From the NCBI GenBank assembly GCA_951406725.2, contig OX597831.1:39990001-40054000 (forward strand): a stretch of DNA of 64,000 nucleotides. The letters run 5' to 3'. The position numbers and the translations under genes were made by a program. The notes beneath the pieces are model-generated. The model saw only the letters and a list, made by a program, of their open reading frames with translations, made no database searches and was not told where the DNA came from. How positions within the stretch are numbered: the stretch's first letter is position 1; every line of letters starts with the position of its first letter. Origin of the DNA: Octopus vulgaris (taxonomy: Eukaryota). Positions 1 to 13,780 of the stretch are shown piece by piece.

Positions 1-341
1 TGTCGCAGTGTGCATGACTGACTGTCTGGGACCCTGCTAGTATGTATGAATCTGTGTGCGTGTGTAGCTTTTTTTATGTTGGCATCTGTTGGAGATCGTG
101 TTTGCAGGTGTATGTTGATGTGTCTCTCTGATGAACCTGTGTGCGTGCACAGGTACGTGTGCATGTGTCTGCTTTTGTGTTAAAGTCTTGTTTACTTATT
201 GTTGTTTTTTAGGGGGGGTGTTTTTCTTTTTTGCATCTCTTGGTGTCTGTTGCTAAATCTTTTTTTCCTGTTTTTACAATGCGTGTTTGTTTCATTTATT
301 TGTGTACGAGTATACGTGTGTCTGTATGTGTATATTACGTT

Positions 342-377
<36 letters not shown>

Positions 378-1135
378 AGTGTGTGTCAGTGTCTGTTGCT
401 AAACTTGTTTCATTTGATTTCGGCTGTGTGTGTGTGTGTGAGAATGTGTTTGTATGTATTTGTGTGAGTTTGTGTGTGTACGTATCTGTGTTCGTGTGTG
501 TACAAATTTGAGTATTTGTGTGTTCATGTTTCATGTTTATGTGTGTTTGCTTGTATGTATGTATGTAGTGAAACCTTCTGTACGTATGCAATGATTCCTT
601 GTCCTTCTTTTTGTTTGTTTGTTTGTTTGTCTTTTAATTTTTGTTTTCGTTAATTTAATTTTATTTCTACTTTCCTCTCATCTCTCTTCTTAGTGTTGTT
701 ATCTCTGTGCTTTATGTTTTATTTCATTCGTTTTTCTCTGCTGCTGCTGGAAAATGGAAAATAGCAAAACCAACCAAAGAAAAAGGAAAAAGAAATAAAA
801 TAAAAAAAAAAAGAAATAAAAGGACAGAAAAAGAAAGACAAAAACCTGTTTCAACTCATTTCCGTCTTTTAGCAGAAGCAAACACCTACCTCGCTACCTA
901 CCTACACACCTACCTGCCTACAAACATACGAACATAACATAACTTAGCAGAGATCAAACACAACATCTGCAATATTTGTATGCAATTAAATAAATAACAA
1001 TACAGGTATAATCTATATACTTCTAGTATCTTTGCGATGTTTAAGTTCTAATGAAATTGGCCATTGTCGTCATGTCTATGTCGCGACTAAAGCTCACATA
1101 AGAGTGCACATATGTGCATGCTATGAGTTTTTTAA

Positions 1136-1345
1136 CCCTTTAGCTTTCAGAGTATTCTGTTAAATATAAACCTCATTTGTTCCCATTGTTTTGAATTAAT
1201 CATCAAGACTTTGATGATGTGCTTGTTTGTTTTTTTCGTAATATGATATCGTAACGCATGTGTGAGAGGCTGGATCCAGCCAGTTTGAAACATAACACTT
1301 GTGGGATATTTGGGCTAGGTGTGGCTAGTTTAAACACTTAAAGGG
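1136..1345. mobile_element. piggyBac-type MITE family 1 (TTAA TSD). Further copies at ~18675-18885, four arrayed at 32730-33405, 48140-48352, 54690-54835
   Basis: TTAA-ccctttag...ttaaaggg-TTAA ends; ~210-bp internal sequence shared with the other copies. Confidence 0.75.
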
Positions 1346-2362
1346 TTAATGTTATTTCGTCTTTATTCAGAACACATTATAGGCGTATATTTGCATGGCT
1401 GCATATGTATGCACATATCTGTACATTTGTATGCGTGTGTGTGTGTGTGTGTGCAAGTCCATACATACACGCATATCTTCATACTAACACGCTCACATAG
1501 GAACGTCATGAACATCCTTTTCTACTCTAGGCACAAGGCTCAAAATTTTTGCGGGGGGGGGGGGGGGCAGTCGATTAAATCGACACCAGTATGCAACTGG
1601 TACTTAATTTATTAACCTCCAAAAGGATGAAAGGCAAAGTCGGCGGAATTTGAACTCAGAACATGAAACATGTCATGAATATCCTCATAACTATTTAATG
1701 CCCATGCTCCAGGATCAAAATTTTTGCGGAGGGGGCCAGTCGATTAGATCGACACCAGTATGCAACCGGTACTTAATTTATCGACCCCCAAAAGGATGAA
1801 AGGCAAAGTCGGCGGAATTTGAACTCAGAACAACATAAAACATGTCATGAATATCATCATAACTATTTAATGCCCATGCTCCAGACTGGCATTGATGAAT
1901 GGTTTGGCAAGATCTGATGTGTCCAAGAATTACATTTTCTTCCAGTGTCTGCTTTGGCATCGTTTCTGCAGCTGGGTGCCCTTTGTAACACCATCCACCT
2001 AAGCGCATGTACTACTAAGTGGAAGTGAACCCACTTGCTGCAAGCGCTTAAAGGCAAGGCCTTTATGACAGAAACAGCCATCTAATCATATGAAATAAAT
2101 GACTTGGGGTCCTACCCATCTGATAATATTACATGTGTTTGTGATAGGTTCCATGCAAATGCATAGATAAGGGTACACATGGATGTTTGTATATAAGCAA
2201 GTAGTGCAAGGCTATGTAATTGGAGAAACCTATTGCAAGGGGCCGTGCAGTTGGACCAAACTCAAAAATCTCATGGCTAAGAAGCAAACTTTTACCACAC
2301 TGCTATATCTGTGCCTACATACATACATACATATATATAGGTACACACACACAGACATGATT

Positions 2363-2586
2363 AAGCACATAGAGGCAAAATATGGTGGAAAAATTAGTAC
2401 TTGAATACCAAAGATAGATCAATATGCATTTTTTTATTATTATTGAAGCTGCAAAAAATGCTACTCAGAGTTTCACGTTCCTATTCTTCGCCAGGCAGTC
2501 TTGATCACAACTACTCTTACAAATGAGAACATGAGACCCTGAGTAGCAATTTTTGTGATGTTTTTGCAGCTTCAGTGATAAATAAA
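2363..2586. mobile_element. Old copy of the hammerhead-bearing repeat with a degenerate inverted arm
   Basis: The left arm matches 34159-34306. ttattattgaagctgcaaaaa and tgctactcagagtttcacgttc are mirrored by agaacatgagaccctgagtagca and tttttgcagcttcagtgataa. Confidence 0.55.
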
Positions 2587-2593
2587 CAAAGTA

Positions 2594-2625
<32 letters not shown>

Positions 2626-5625
2626 GGCAGTGCATCAGCATGGCCGTAGCTCTGAGCTGAAACTACAGAAAAAAAAAAAGGAAATACAGTGATTAAAATA
2701 GCCCTGGGGGCACTATATTACATCTACTTTTTTTTTTTACTATTTATTTTCTAGCATATTTGGTTTAAATTTGTGCAGCTAGATGCAGTTTGTTAGTTTT
2801 CTATGCTGCAGGAATGTGCATCAGAAATTTAAACCAAATACACTATAGAATTGACTATGGGAATAAAAGATATGCAGATGCACTAATTTCCACATTCATT
2901 GTAATCGTCTTGGATACACACTCAGTAAAATATTCTTAATCCACCAAAACAAACCCAGGATTTACTTATTGGGTGAATTACGGTGGGATCGCTCATCATA
3001 AGTAATCTTGGGTGCTCCTTAGAATTTGATGTGGTTAGCCAGAACCCAGATACCTGTATGTAGCTACTCTGCAAGATGGTGAGTGTTGGAAATGGCATTC
3101 AGCTGTAGAAATCTTGCCAAAACAGACAGAGAAGTTTGATGCAGTCTTCTTCTTCTAGTTAGCCAGCTCCTGTCAAACCGTCCACCACCTAGGTTGACTT
3201 TGTCTTTCATCCATTTGGGGTTCAATAAAATAAAGTACCAGTTAAGTACTGGAATTGATGCAACCCCCACCAAAAAAAAAAAAATTCAGCTCTTGTGCCT
3301 ACAATAGAAAGGATTATTATTGTTATCATTGAGGGAAAGAGCAGTGCATGCCTTCAAAGTGACACTGGGGTAAAATATACGAAGCCCAGTATACCCATCA
3401 TGACTACCTGTCTGATAAGGTTACACTAGGCACATGCATCACAACCATATGTGTGCGACATGGCGATCTCGTATCAAGATAAGCAGCACATGACCTTGCA
3501 GGTGGGGCCCAGTTAGAATTTTCTTCAGGTTGAGTAACCTATCCCACTCAAAAGGTCCCCGAATAAGGGTTGTTTAAGGATGTTGAATGAAACACCCATA
3601 CTCTTTTACCTGTTTCAGTTATTTGACTGCGGCCATGCTGGAGCACCGCCTTTAATCGAGCAACTCGACCCCGGGACTTATTCTTTTGTAAGCCCAGTAC
3701 TTATTCTATCGGTCTCTTTTGCCGAACCGCTAAGTAACGGGGACATAAACACACCAGCATCGGTTGTCAAGCAATGCTAAGGGGACGAAAGCAGACATTA
3801 AACGACAAAAATACACACACACACAAATACGCATTAGAGGTTTTTATCCAGTTTCTGTCACTCAGCTGGGATGGGGGTAGGGCTATACTACCCAAGGTGT
3901 CACAAAGTGGCACTGAGCTTCAAGCCACAGACTTGCTGAGAGAGCTCCTTAAGCACACTGCTGTAAATGTATATCTCTCACTCTTTCAGCCGACACACGC
4001 ATACACGCATTCATGCATAAATACGTACCTTTTGTTTTTTGTTTGTTTTAGTCATTTGATTGTGGCCATGCTGGGGCACCACCTTGATGAATTTTAGTTG
4101 AATGAATCGACCCCCAGGACTTCATTTTTTCTTTAGCCTAGTACTTATTCTGTCAACCCCTGAGGTCAAACTGCTAATTTACAGGGATGTAAACACACTA
4201 ATATGTGGTGGTGGTGCTGGGCAAACACACGCATATATACGACCAGCTTCTTTCAGTTTCCATCTTCCAGGTCCACTCACAAGTTTGTGGTTGGCCCAGG
4301 GCTATAGTAAGTGATGCTTGCCCAAGATGCCATGCAGTGGGACTGAACCTGGAACCATGTGGTTGGGAAACAAGCGTCTTAACACACAGCAACACCTTCA
4401 CCTGTGTATAATATGCATACATATACATGTATACTCACACACACACACACACACATATAGAGAGAGAGAGACAGACAGACAGACAGCGATAAAGATATAT
4501 ATGTACTCATTTATATAGACGTAGGAATGACCATAGCAAAGACACTCATTAAATGATGCACTCAATGGCTATCTCTTTGTTAATAATGTGTTATTGATCT
4601 ACTCCTGTAGAACTAATCATGGTTGATGAACCAACAACAACTAAAACTACCCCCTGAAGCAACAACAACAACCACAACATACAGAATCCTCTCACTGAAG
4701 TACATAAACCCTATCAACATTGATGTTGTTGCCAGCTCTTAATGCTTATTTGGTGAAGCATGAAACAAACTATACATGAGACAAGTCTTTGGAGATGTGG
4801 CATGGAACACTGGTGAATTACAAGTTCAGCCTCCCTCGCATCAATGAAAAATTCCTCCATTCATTCTCATTTAGCCAGCTCTTTATTTGTATAATTATTT
4901 TTGTTTAATTAATTATTATTTCGTTTGGTATTGTTTTGTGTTCATTCATTCGTAACGGGAGTTGTGTACTTAGATGGATGAGATAGTTGGAAGGTCAACT
5001 AGTTGTTTTGTTTTGATCTTATTGTAGCACACAGCGAAGGCACATGGCTCAGTGGTTCGAGCGTCGGGCTCACAATCTGGAAGTAGTGAGTTTGGTTCCC
5101 GGACTGGGCTGTGTGTTGTGTCCTTGAGCAAGACATTTTATTTTCATGTGGTTCCAGTTTACTCTTCTGTAGAAATGAGTTGTGACATCACCAGTGTCAA
5201 GCTGTATCAGCCTTTGCCCTTCCCTTGGATAACATCAGTGGCATGAAGAGGGGAGGTTGGTATGCATGGGCGATAGCTGGTCATCTGTTATTCATCATCA
5301 TCATCATCATTATGAAGGCGACCAGGCAGAAAGCTTGTCAGACGAAAATGGTGTCATTTCTTCCAAATCCTTACATTCTGAGCTCAAATACCACTAAGGT
5401 TGACTTTGTCTTTCATCCATTTGGGGGTCAATAAAATAAAGTACCAGCCAAGTACTGGAATTGATTCAACTGACTAAGTACCCAAAACACACCCACTAAA
5501 AAAATTCAGCTCTTGTGCTTATAATAGAAAGGATTATTATTATTATTATTTATTTATTTTTAAGCATTTTTTTTTTCACTTTTTGAGAAAATATACTTCA
5601 AACGATAGTGTGCATTTGTTTTACT

Positions 5626-5670
<45 letters not shown>

Positions 5671-5792
5671 TGCAGGTGTGACTGTGTGGTAAGATGCTTG
5701 CTTACCATGGGCCTGGTCCCAGGTTCAGTCCCACTGCATGGCACCTTGTGACTGGATTTGGTTGGCTGAAACTGAAAGAAGCACATCATATA

Positions 5793-5849
<57 letters not shown>

Positions 5850-7653
5850 GTTTGTCCCTGTCCCCCCATCACTTGACAACTGATATTGGTTTGTTTATGT
5901 TCCCGTAACTTAGCGGTTCAGCTATAATAACTGATAGAATAAGTACTAGGCTTGCAAAGAATAAGCCGTCAGGTCTATTGGTTCGGCTAAAGGCAGTGCT
6001 CCAGCATGGCCGCAGTCAAATGACTGAAGTAAGTAAAGGAATAAAAGAATATATATATGAAACCGTTTATTTTCTTAGCTGTGTGTATGTTTATGTGTGT
6101 CTGTGTTGTTATTTCTTCAAGTCACATATGGGACCCAACAAAATGCCTTATTTTATTGTTATTTTTATTTCCTACTCCCTCAAGCACACACACACACATA
6201 CTACACATGCAAGAATTCTAACAGCAATGAAGGAGACCCTTTTCATTCAGGAGGGAGTTTGAGTCTGTCTTTCAATCGGTTTCCTGGCATGAACCAAATG
6301 GAATTTGTTGAGTCAGATGTTTTTTGTTTTTTTTTTTCTATGGACAAATGCTCTTCTTGTCACCAACCCTTACTGGTTTCCTACCAAGGAAATATTTCCT
6401 AGTAGCCAGACATATCTCAGGATATTGGAAATGGACACTGCTTGCGTGACAGTGGTACTCATTTACAACAGCCACATGATGTCAAGACAAAAAGAAAATA
6501 ACAACGCGAACACACACACTCTCACCCACTCCTTCAATCCCTCACTCACATTTACAGCAGGCGTCTCCCAGTTTTACTTTCCCAAATCTACTCAAGGCTT
6601 CGGTTGGCCCAGGGATATAACAGAAAACAGTTGCCCACAGTGGGACTGAACCTGCAAGTATGTAGTTGGGAGACAAACTACTTACCATACAACCACTTGC
6701 ATGCCATATATATATATATATAAAGTGTGTGTATATACAAGCACAATAAAATTGGAGAATCGGTTATAACATTTTTTTCATTATGATAACATGAATTATA
6801 ATCTTTACATGTTTCCCTGGGAGTTCTCAGCTTGGTTCTGCTTATCAACTGATGTAACCAAAGGTGAATTAAATTATTATTTTCTTCTGATGATCTGGTG
6901 TTATAAGGTGATAACACAGTCATTATGTAATGATTACCACATGGCATACAAATATATGCTTGTGGAACACATGAAAAGATTATGTATTTTATGGTGTTAC
7001 AATAAAAGGAAAAAAAATCATAACCGAACCTCCAGTTTTAATCTCATCTTGGATATACATTCTCTAATCTATTCAAATATGTAATGGCAATCTAAAATCT
7101 GAGGAGAAATTATGTTTAATATCTCACTAGAAATTGGATATAAATCGATTTACATGGAGTTCAAAGCAAAGGCTAACTGTTATGCATATTTTAACCCTTT
7201 TATTCTCATTTTAACCGTTTTGTTACTATACTTCTCTTGCTGTATACTTGTGTTGTTTTAATTAATTTTGAACGAAAAATTTCATAATAATTTTGTCATT
7301 TAGTGTTTTGTGGAACTTCAGTTGGGCAATGTTTTCAGAGAAGTATTTGATATATCAACAGATGACTTTTAATCAGTGAGTTTCCATTGTAGAAGTAGTA
7401 CTTGTCTCTGTCGGATTAGTATCATTAAATGGTAATTTTTCTTTTATTCTTTTACTCTTTCATTTGATTCAGTCGTTTGACTGCGGCCATGCTGGAGCAC
7501 TGCCTTTAGTCGAACAAACCAACCCCCAGGACTTATTCTTTGTAAGCCCTAGTACTTATTCTATCGGTCACTTTTTGCTGAACTGCTAAGCTATGGGGAC
7601 GTGTACACACCATCAGTTGTCAAGCGATGGTGGGGGACAAACACAGACACACA

Positions 7654-7687
<34 letters not shown>

Positions 7688-7914
7688 GCTTCTTTCAGTT
7701 TCCGTTTACCGAATCATCCCATAAGGTTTTGGTCAGCCCAAGGTGCCACGCAGTGGGAATGAACCCAGAACCACGTGCTTGGTAAGCAAACTACTTACCA
7801 AAAGGACATACACAGTAAATATATTCTGTTCACGTTCAGTTTAAGATGGAGAAAAAAAGGTGTGTGATGTTTCGAGCATGGCTCTTTGTCGGAAAAAGGA
7901 AAGGTTCAGATATA

Positions 7915-7945
<31 letters not shown>

Positions 7946-8212
7946 AGGAAGATATCATTGTGAGGGTGGTTCCTTAGATTTCCAGTTGATCAATTGATTC
8001 CTTGATAACACTGAACTGTGAACACATTGAAATGCATATATGAAATAGCTGTGCATCTATAATAAATAAATAAATAAATCAATAAATAAATAATTTAAAA
8101 CCCATTATTTCTTTCTGTTATATAAATATATATATACATACAGAGAGAGAGAGAGGGATAAGTATTTGTAGATATATACTGTGTGGCTTTTAGGCTAGTA
8201 TGTATATATATA

Positions 8213-8248
<36 letters not shown>

Positions 8249-9177
8249 CATAGATAGATAGATAAATATACATAGATTAAATAGATAGATAGATAGATAA
8301 ATATACATAGATTAGATAGATAGATAGACAGGTAAATATACATAGATTAGATAGATAGATAGATAGATAGATAGGCAGATAAATATACATAGATTAGATA
8401 GATAGATAGATCGATACACAGATAAATATGTATATAGATAGAGAGAGAGATAATTATATACAGATAGTGAAGAGATAAAGTATGTTTACATATATATATA
8501 TATGTTTGTGTGTGTATAATAGGTATGAAAGAGACAGGATTATCACAGCTGTAAATGCTTTTTACCAAAGGTCTACATTTGTTTGATCAGAGCTAGCCTG
8601 GGGCTAAACAACAACAACAACAACCACCGCCCCCCTCCACCTCGCCCCCACCAATTCCGTAAACGAATGGATATTTATGCTTAAAGCATAATTGTATATT
8701 TAAGGCCTAAAAATAATATGTCTAAAAGTGACTCCCATCTTTAAAGCATGTTGACATAAAGCATATTTTTAGGTTTATCGCATATTTATACATTTAAAGC
8801 CTATTAAATATTTATGTTATCAAAGCCATTCATGTATATGAATAGCATATTTACATAATTAAAACATATTTATGGCCTTATTGCATATTTATACGTGTGT
8901 AGAACATATTAAATATTGATGTGTTCCAGGCATGTTTGTATATTTAAAACACGGTTTATATGTATAACCCTTTCATGTCTGTATTTCTGAAATGAATAGA
9001 CTGTCTGTGTGTGCCTTGTTTTCTCAATATAAGTCAAGGTTTTGGATCTATTGAAATAGCTCAAAACTTTATGCATTGGTGTAGGGGTATGTGATGTCCA
9101 TATTCTGTATCTATATATATGTGTGTGTGTGTGTGTGCATACATACACACATATATATATATACATGCATACACACA

Positions 9178-9221
<44 letters not shown>

Positions 9222-9942
9222 CAGACATACATATATATACATACACATACATATATATACGCATACATACATATATATACATACACATACATACATACAT
9301 ATATATATTTATATATAGGTGCAGGCATGGCTGTGTGGTAAGTAACTTGCTTACCAACCGCATGGTTCCAGGTTCAGTGCCACTGTATGGCACCTTGGGC
9401 AAGTGTCTACTATAGCCTCGGGCCAACCAAAGCCTTGTGAGTGGATTTGGTAGATGGAAACTGATATATAAATATCTATGTGTGTGTTTGTGTGTGAAGT
9501 ACTAGGCTTACAAAGAATAAGTCCTGGGGTCCATTTGTTCGACTAAAGGCAGAGCTCCAGCATGGCCGCAGTCAAATGACTGAAACAAGTAAAAGAATAT
9601 ATGCATACATACATACGTATATTCTCTCTTTTACTCTTTTACTTGTTTCAGTCATTTGACTGCGGCCATGCTGGAGCACCACCTTTTTAGTACTTATTCT
9701 ATCGGTCTCTTTTTGCCGAACCGCTAAGTGACGGGGACCTAAGCACACCAGCATCGGTTGTCAAGCAATGCTAGGGGGACAAACACAGACACACAAACAC
9801 ACACACATATACATATATATACATATATATACGACAGGCTTCTTATATATATGTATATATATGTATATATATGTGTATATATATATATATATATATTGTC
9901 CAACCCATGCTAGCATGGAAAGCGGACGTTAAATGAGGATGA

Positions 9943-9981
<39 letters not shown>

Positions 9982-10665
9982 TGCACACACACACATCATT
10001 AATATTTGATGTCTATATTTCCATGCTTGCATGGATTGGACCTTTAGATGTCTTGTTTACAAGTCACATGGCTTAGCAACGATGGTAAGGTCATGTTTTG
10101 GATTACCAGTAGCGTGTTGTGTTAAGAAGCACAACACTTTTTTTTTTTTTGCATTGTTGCAGTCCACTCATCTGGCAAAAATGTGTTGTACCTGTTATTC
10201 AAAAGGGGCCAACAGTAACACAGACTGTGTTACACTGAATCTCCCTGAGAACTACTTTAAAGGTACATAGGTCTGTGGTGTGCTCAGGCCAGTTGCACAT
10301 TAATTTCTGGAGAAGGCTCTCCCATTGATTGAATCAACTGGAATGCCCATTGTTGTAAAGGACAGCATGCCCGTTATTTAGAATGTTTGTTTGAGTGCCC
10401 TTGTCTTGACATCACATGATGTGCCAGTTATTTACAATGATTATGTGATGTCAAGACAAGGGCATGTGCGTGCACATGCACAAGGGGCTTATTTCTCCTC
10501 CACTGTTTCTGCCACCTGTGTCCACTGTCAAGTCTTTAGATGACTCAAAGCTCTAGGAAAAGGCCCAAGCCCAAGGTGCTGCACAGTGCGACTGAACTTA
10601 TGACCATATAGTTTGGAATCAAGCTTCTCAACAGCCATGCGGCCATGTCTGTGCCTGAATAAATA

Positions 10666-11231
10666 TTGGGTTGTCTGGAAAGTTCGTGCCAATTTTTAAA
10701 GGAAAGAAAAAGGTCAATTAATACTTGCCATTACATTTTTAATCAACCAAATATGAACCATTTTGTTGCACAATACGTCTCCATCTTCCCTTTAACTTGA
10801 AAATACCCACTTCCCAGAATTGAGGTGGTTTCATGGCAAACAATTCATCAAGGTATCTTTTTACGTCATCCAAGGAATTGAAATTTTTACCATTAAGACT
10901 ATTCTGCATAGACCTGAATAAGTGGAAATCCAAAGGAGCAATATCTGGTGAATATGGAGGGTGGGGTAACACATCCCAGCCGAGCTGCAGCAATTTTTGT
11001 CTGGTTCCCAAAGCAACAAGTGCCGAAAAGGGACTTTCTTATCTTCCATTTTAAAGGGTTACAGAATTAACACAGGTTATAGGAACATAAACTTTCTTCC
11101 ATGAAAAGATAGCTTAAACTGTGCTCTGAATGAAAATGTAGTCAAATCCTAGTTAATGGACTCAATCATGTTCTGAAATAAGTCAAAAGGTAAGCTGCTA
11201 TAAATCGGCACAAACTTTCCGGACACCTCAA
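10666..11231 (-). mobile_element. Internally deleted mariner transposon with both TIRs and TA TSD
   Basis: TIRs ttgggttgtctggaaagttcgtgccaattt / aaatcggcacaaactttccggacacctcaa; TA at 10664-65 and 11232-33. ORF 10739-11011 encodes the transposase C-terminus (LPHPPYSPDIAPLDFHLFRS...RWRRIVQQNGSY). Confidence 0.92.
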
Positions 11232-11889
11232 TATACAGGCACAAATTCAAAAAGTAAAGAGACACTACTCATTAGTACAATGTCCAAACAGGTTAACTCA
11301 TTTAAAAACCACACGAGTCCTGTCTTCTTTAGCAATAGATTATGTATTTAAATGCATTGAATGACATTATTATGTTTCCAGACATAAATCTTTCTAAAAT
11401 GATGGTGTCTGTTTACTTTTGAGGTGTGTGTGCATGCATGTGTGTATGTGTATACATGACAGGCTTCTTTCACTTAGCAGCTATCCAATTTGTTTACAAG
11501 GCTTTGGTCAACCCGGAGCTACCTTACATAACTTGAACATGTTTCGGTCAGAGAGTGGGCCAGGCCTTCATTATAATATCATCACCATCATCTGTTTTCC
11601 ATGCTGGCATGGCTTGGACGGTTTGACAGGCTCTGGCCAGCTGAGGAGTTGTCCAAACTCCAATTGTCTTTTGTAGCATGGTTTCTATGGCTGGGTGCCC
11701 TTCTTAATGCCAACCACTTTACAGAATGGACTGGGTGCTTTTTACATGGGCTCCAGCATGTGTGTGTCTGTGCAACACTAGCTCAAGTGCATTTTACATG
11801 GCACTGCCAGCTGTAAAGGACAAGCCTGTATGTATGGATGACCACAATTTTACCTAGTTTGTATGGATGACCACAATTTTACTTAGTTT

Positions 11890-12040
11890 GACTCATCTCA
11901 AGTACAGCAAATCACCACAACTTCTGGTCCCTTGTCATTTCCTTGGTGAGGTCCAGCGTCTAAAGGTCCTTTCTTACCACTTTGTCCCATGTCTTCTGGG
12001 GTCTACTCCTTCTGCAGGTTTCCTCTACAATTAGATCTCA
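11890..12040 (-). mobile_element. RTE-clade LINE 3' fragment
   Basis: Minus strand CRRSRPQKTWDKVVRKDL...TRDQKLW, matching the RGRPxKTW...DR..W motif. Confidence 0.65.
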
Positions 12041-12389
12041 GCACAACTTAATAGCACCACTTGATAGGATCTATTAATCATCATCATCATTTAACGTCCA
12101 TTTTTCCATGCTGACATAGGTTGGATGGTTTGACAGGAGCTGGTAAGGCCGGGGGACTGCACCAAGCACTGTTGTCTGTTCTGGCATGGTTTCTACAGCT
12201 GGTTGCCCTTCCTAATACCAATCACTTCACAGAGTGTACTGGGTGCTTGTTGTGTGGTACCAGCACCAGTGCTTTTTTTACACGACTACAGCATTAGTAT
12301 CAGTTCTGTTGTGGTGGACAAGTCTTCTTGAGACCTGCAAGGCATTAGAAATCTTGGTCCTCTTAGTCAAGTTTTGTGGTATCCTTGCC

Positions 12390-12630
12390 CATTCAAATAG
12401 GGAGCTGTTGTTGAATAAAATATATCCTGGTATAGGTGGCTTTTCTGGTATCCCTTGAAGACATTTGTCGAGGTTACATTTGAAAGGAAGGAAGGGGGTC
12501 TTCTTCTTTGATTTGTTTTGGGATAATGTTAAATGGGGCAGAACCTGTTGAGGAAAAGAAATTGTGTTGCAGTGAATTTCTGTGTTGTTCAGAGGGGGGG
12601 GGTCTATGGCACATAGCTTTAGTACGAGAC
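12390..12630 (-). mobile_element. CR1-like LINE 3' fragment
   Basis: Minus strand NFFSSTGSAPFNIIPKQIK...FKCNLDKCLQGIPEKPPIPGY. Confidence 0.65.
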
Positions 12631-13193
12631 ACTCTTATCCAAAGTGCTGTGCAGTGGGACTGAATCCAAAACCACATGCATGCATACCTAACCGTCTTCA
12701 CTACACACCCGTGTCTGTGCTTCAGTAATACTATCCTATTACAAGCTCTCTCTATGTAATTTGTGTCAAGATTACAGTTGTGTCGTTTCTCTGTGAATTA
12801 TGTATACATTCTGAGGGCTTGTTTGCATGTTTGTCATTTCATGTGTATGCATGCTTCTTTTTTTAATCATTCCCAAGGCACCTAACTTTATTATAAGAAC
12901 TGTGTCTGTTTTCAGTTGTCACTGATTGGTTGTCTCCATTACCGGATCATTATGTTTAAATAGTTTTTTTTGGGGGGTTTTTTTTTTCGATTTTTTTGTG
13001 TTTTTTTTTTTTCTTTCTGAAATTATATTTGTGGTGGCTGTTCTTTTGGAGAAGTGATTAGTATATCCAAGAGTAACAAAATGAAGGCGCTAGTGTTCTC
13101 AACAATCATGGTAAATTCTTTTGGCACGTCTATGGATATATGTGTGTCTCTATGTATGTATATGCATGTGTACGTGTGAATATATATTTCTAC

Positions 13194-13226
<33 letters not shown>

Positions 13227-13780
13227 AACACTTATATAAGTATATAGTTGTGTGTAGCAATGTATATATATATACATATATGTTTATATGAGTGTATATA
13301 TGTTTCTGTATGTGTGTGTGTATATACATGTGTATATTTTGTGTGTATATATACATACATATAACATGTGCAAGTATACACACACACACACACTGCAGTA
13401 CTTTGGGAATAAATCAAGCTGAAGTGACACTGTGTTCATATATGCATGTTGCGATCAATTTTGTTTCGTGTGATCACCGCAGTTTTTAACAGGCGCCACT
13501 TCTTCATTTATGCAACTCCGTTGCAAGTGGCAGAATTACGAGCTCAGATTAGATTAAGAGACAAGAATTACAAAGTCACTGAACAGCTTAACCAAATCAA
13601 AAGACACAGTGCTGATTGTTTTCGTTTCATTTTCATTTTCTTCGCATTTTTTTTCTTAGATTTTTATTTTATTTTATTTTCCTTTTTTCATTTCTTTTCC
13701 TGCTTTTTACATTTCCTTTCAAAATTTGTAATCCTCCTCATCATTGTCGTTGTCATTATCATCATCATCAACATTATTAT

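Noticed and set aside
124-175. CTGATGA followed by the 7-bp hairpin acctgtg/cacaggt
   Set aside because: No GAAA after the stem and no stem I partner; not a supportable hammerhead.
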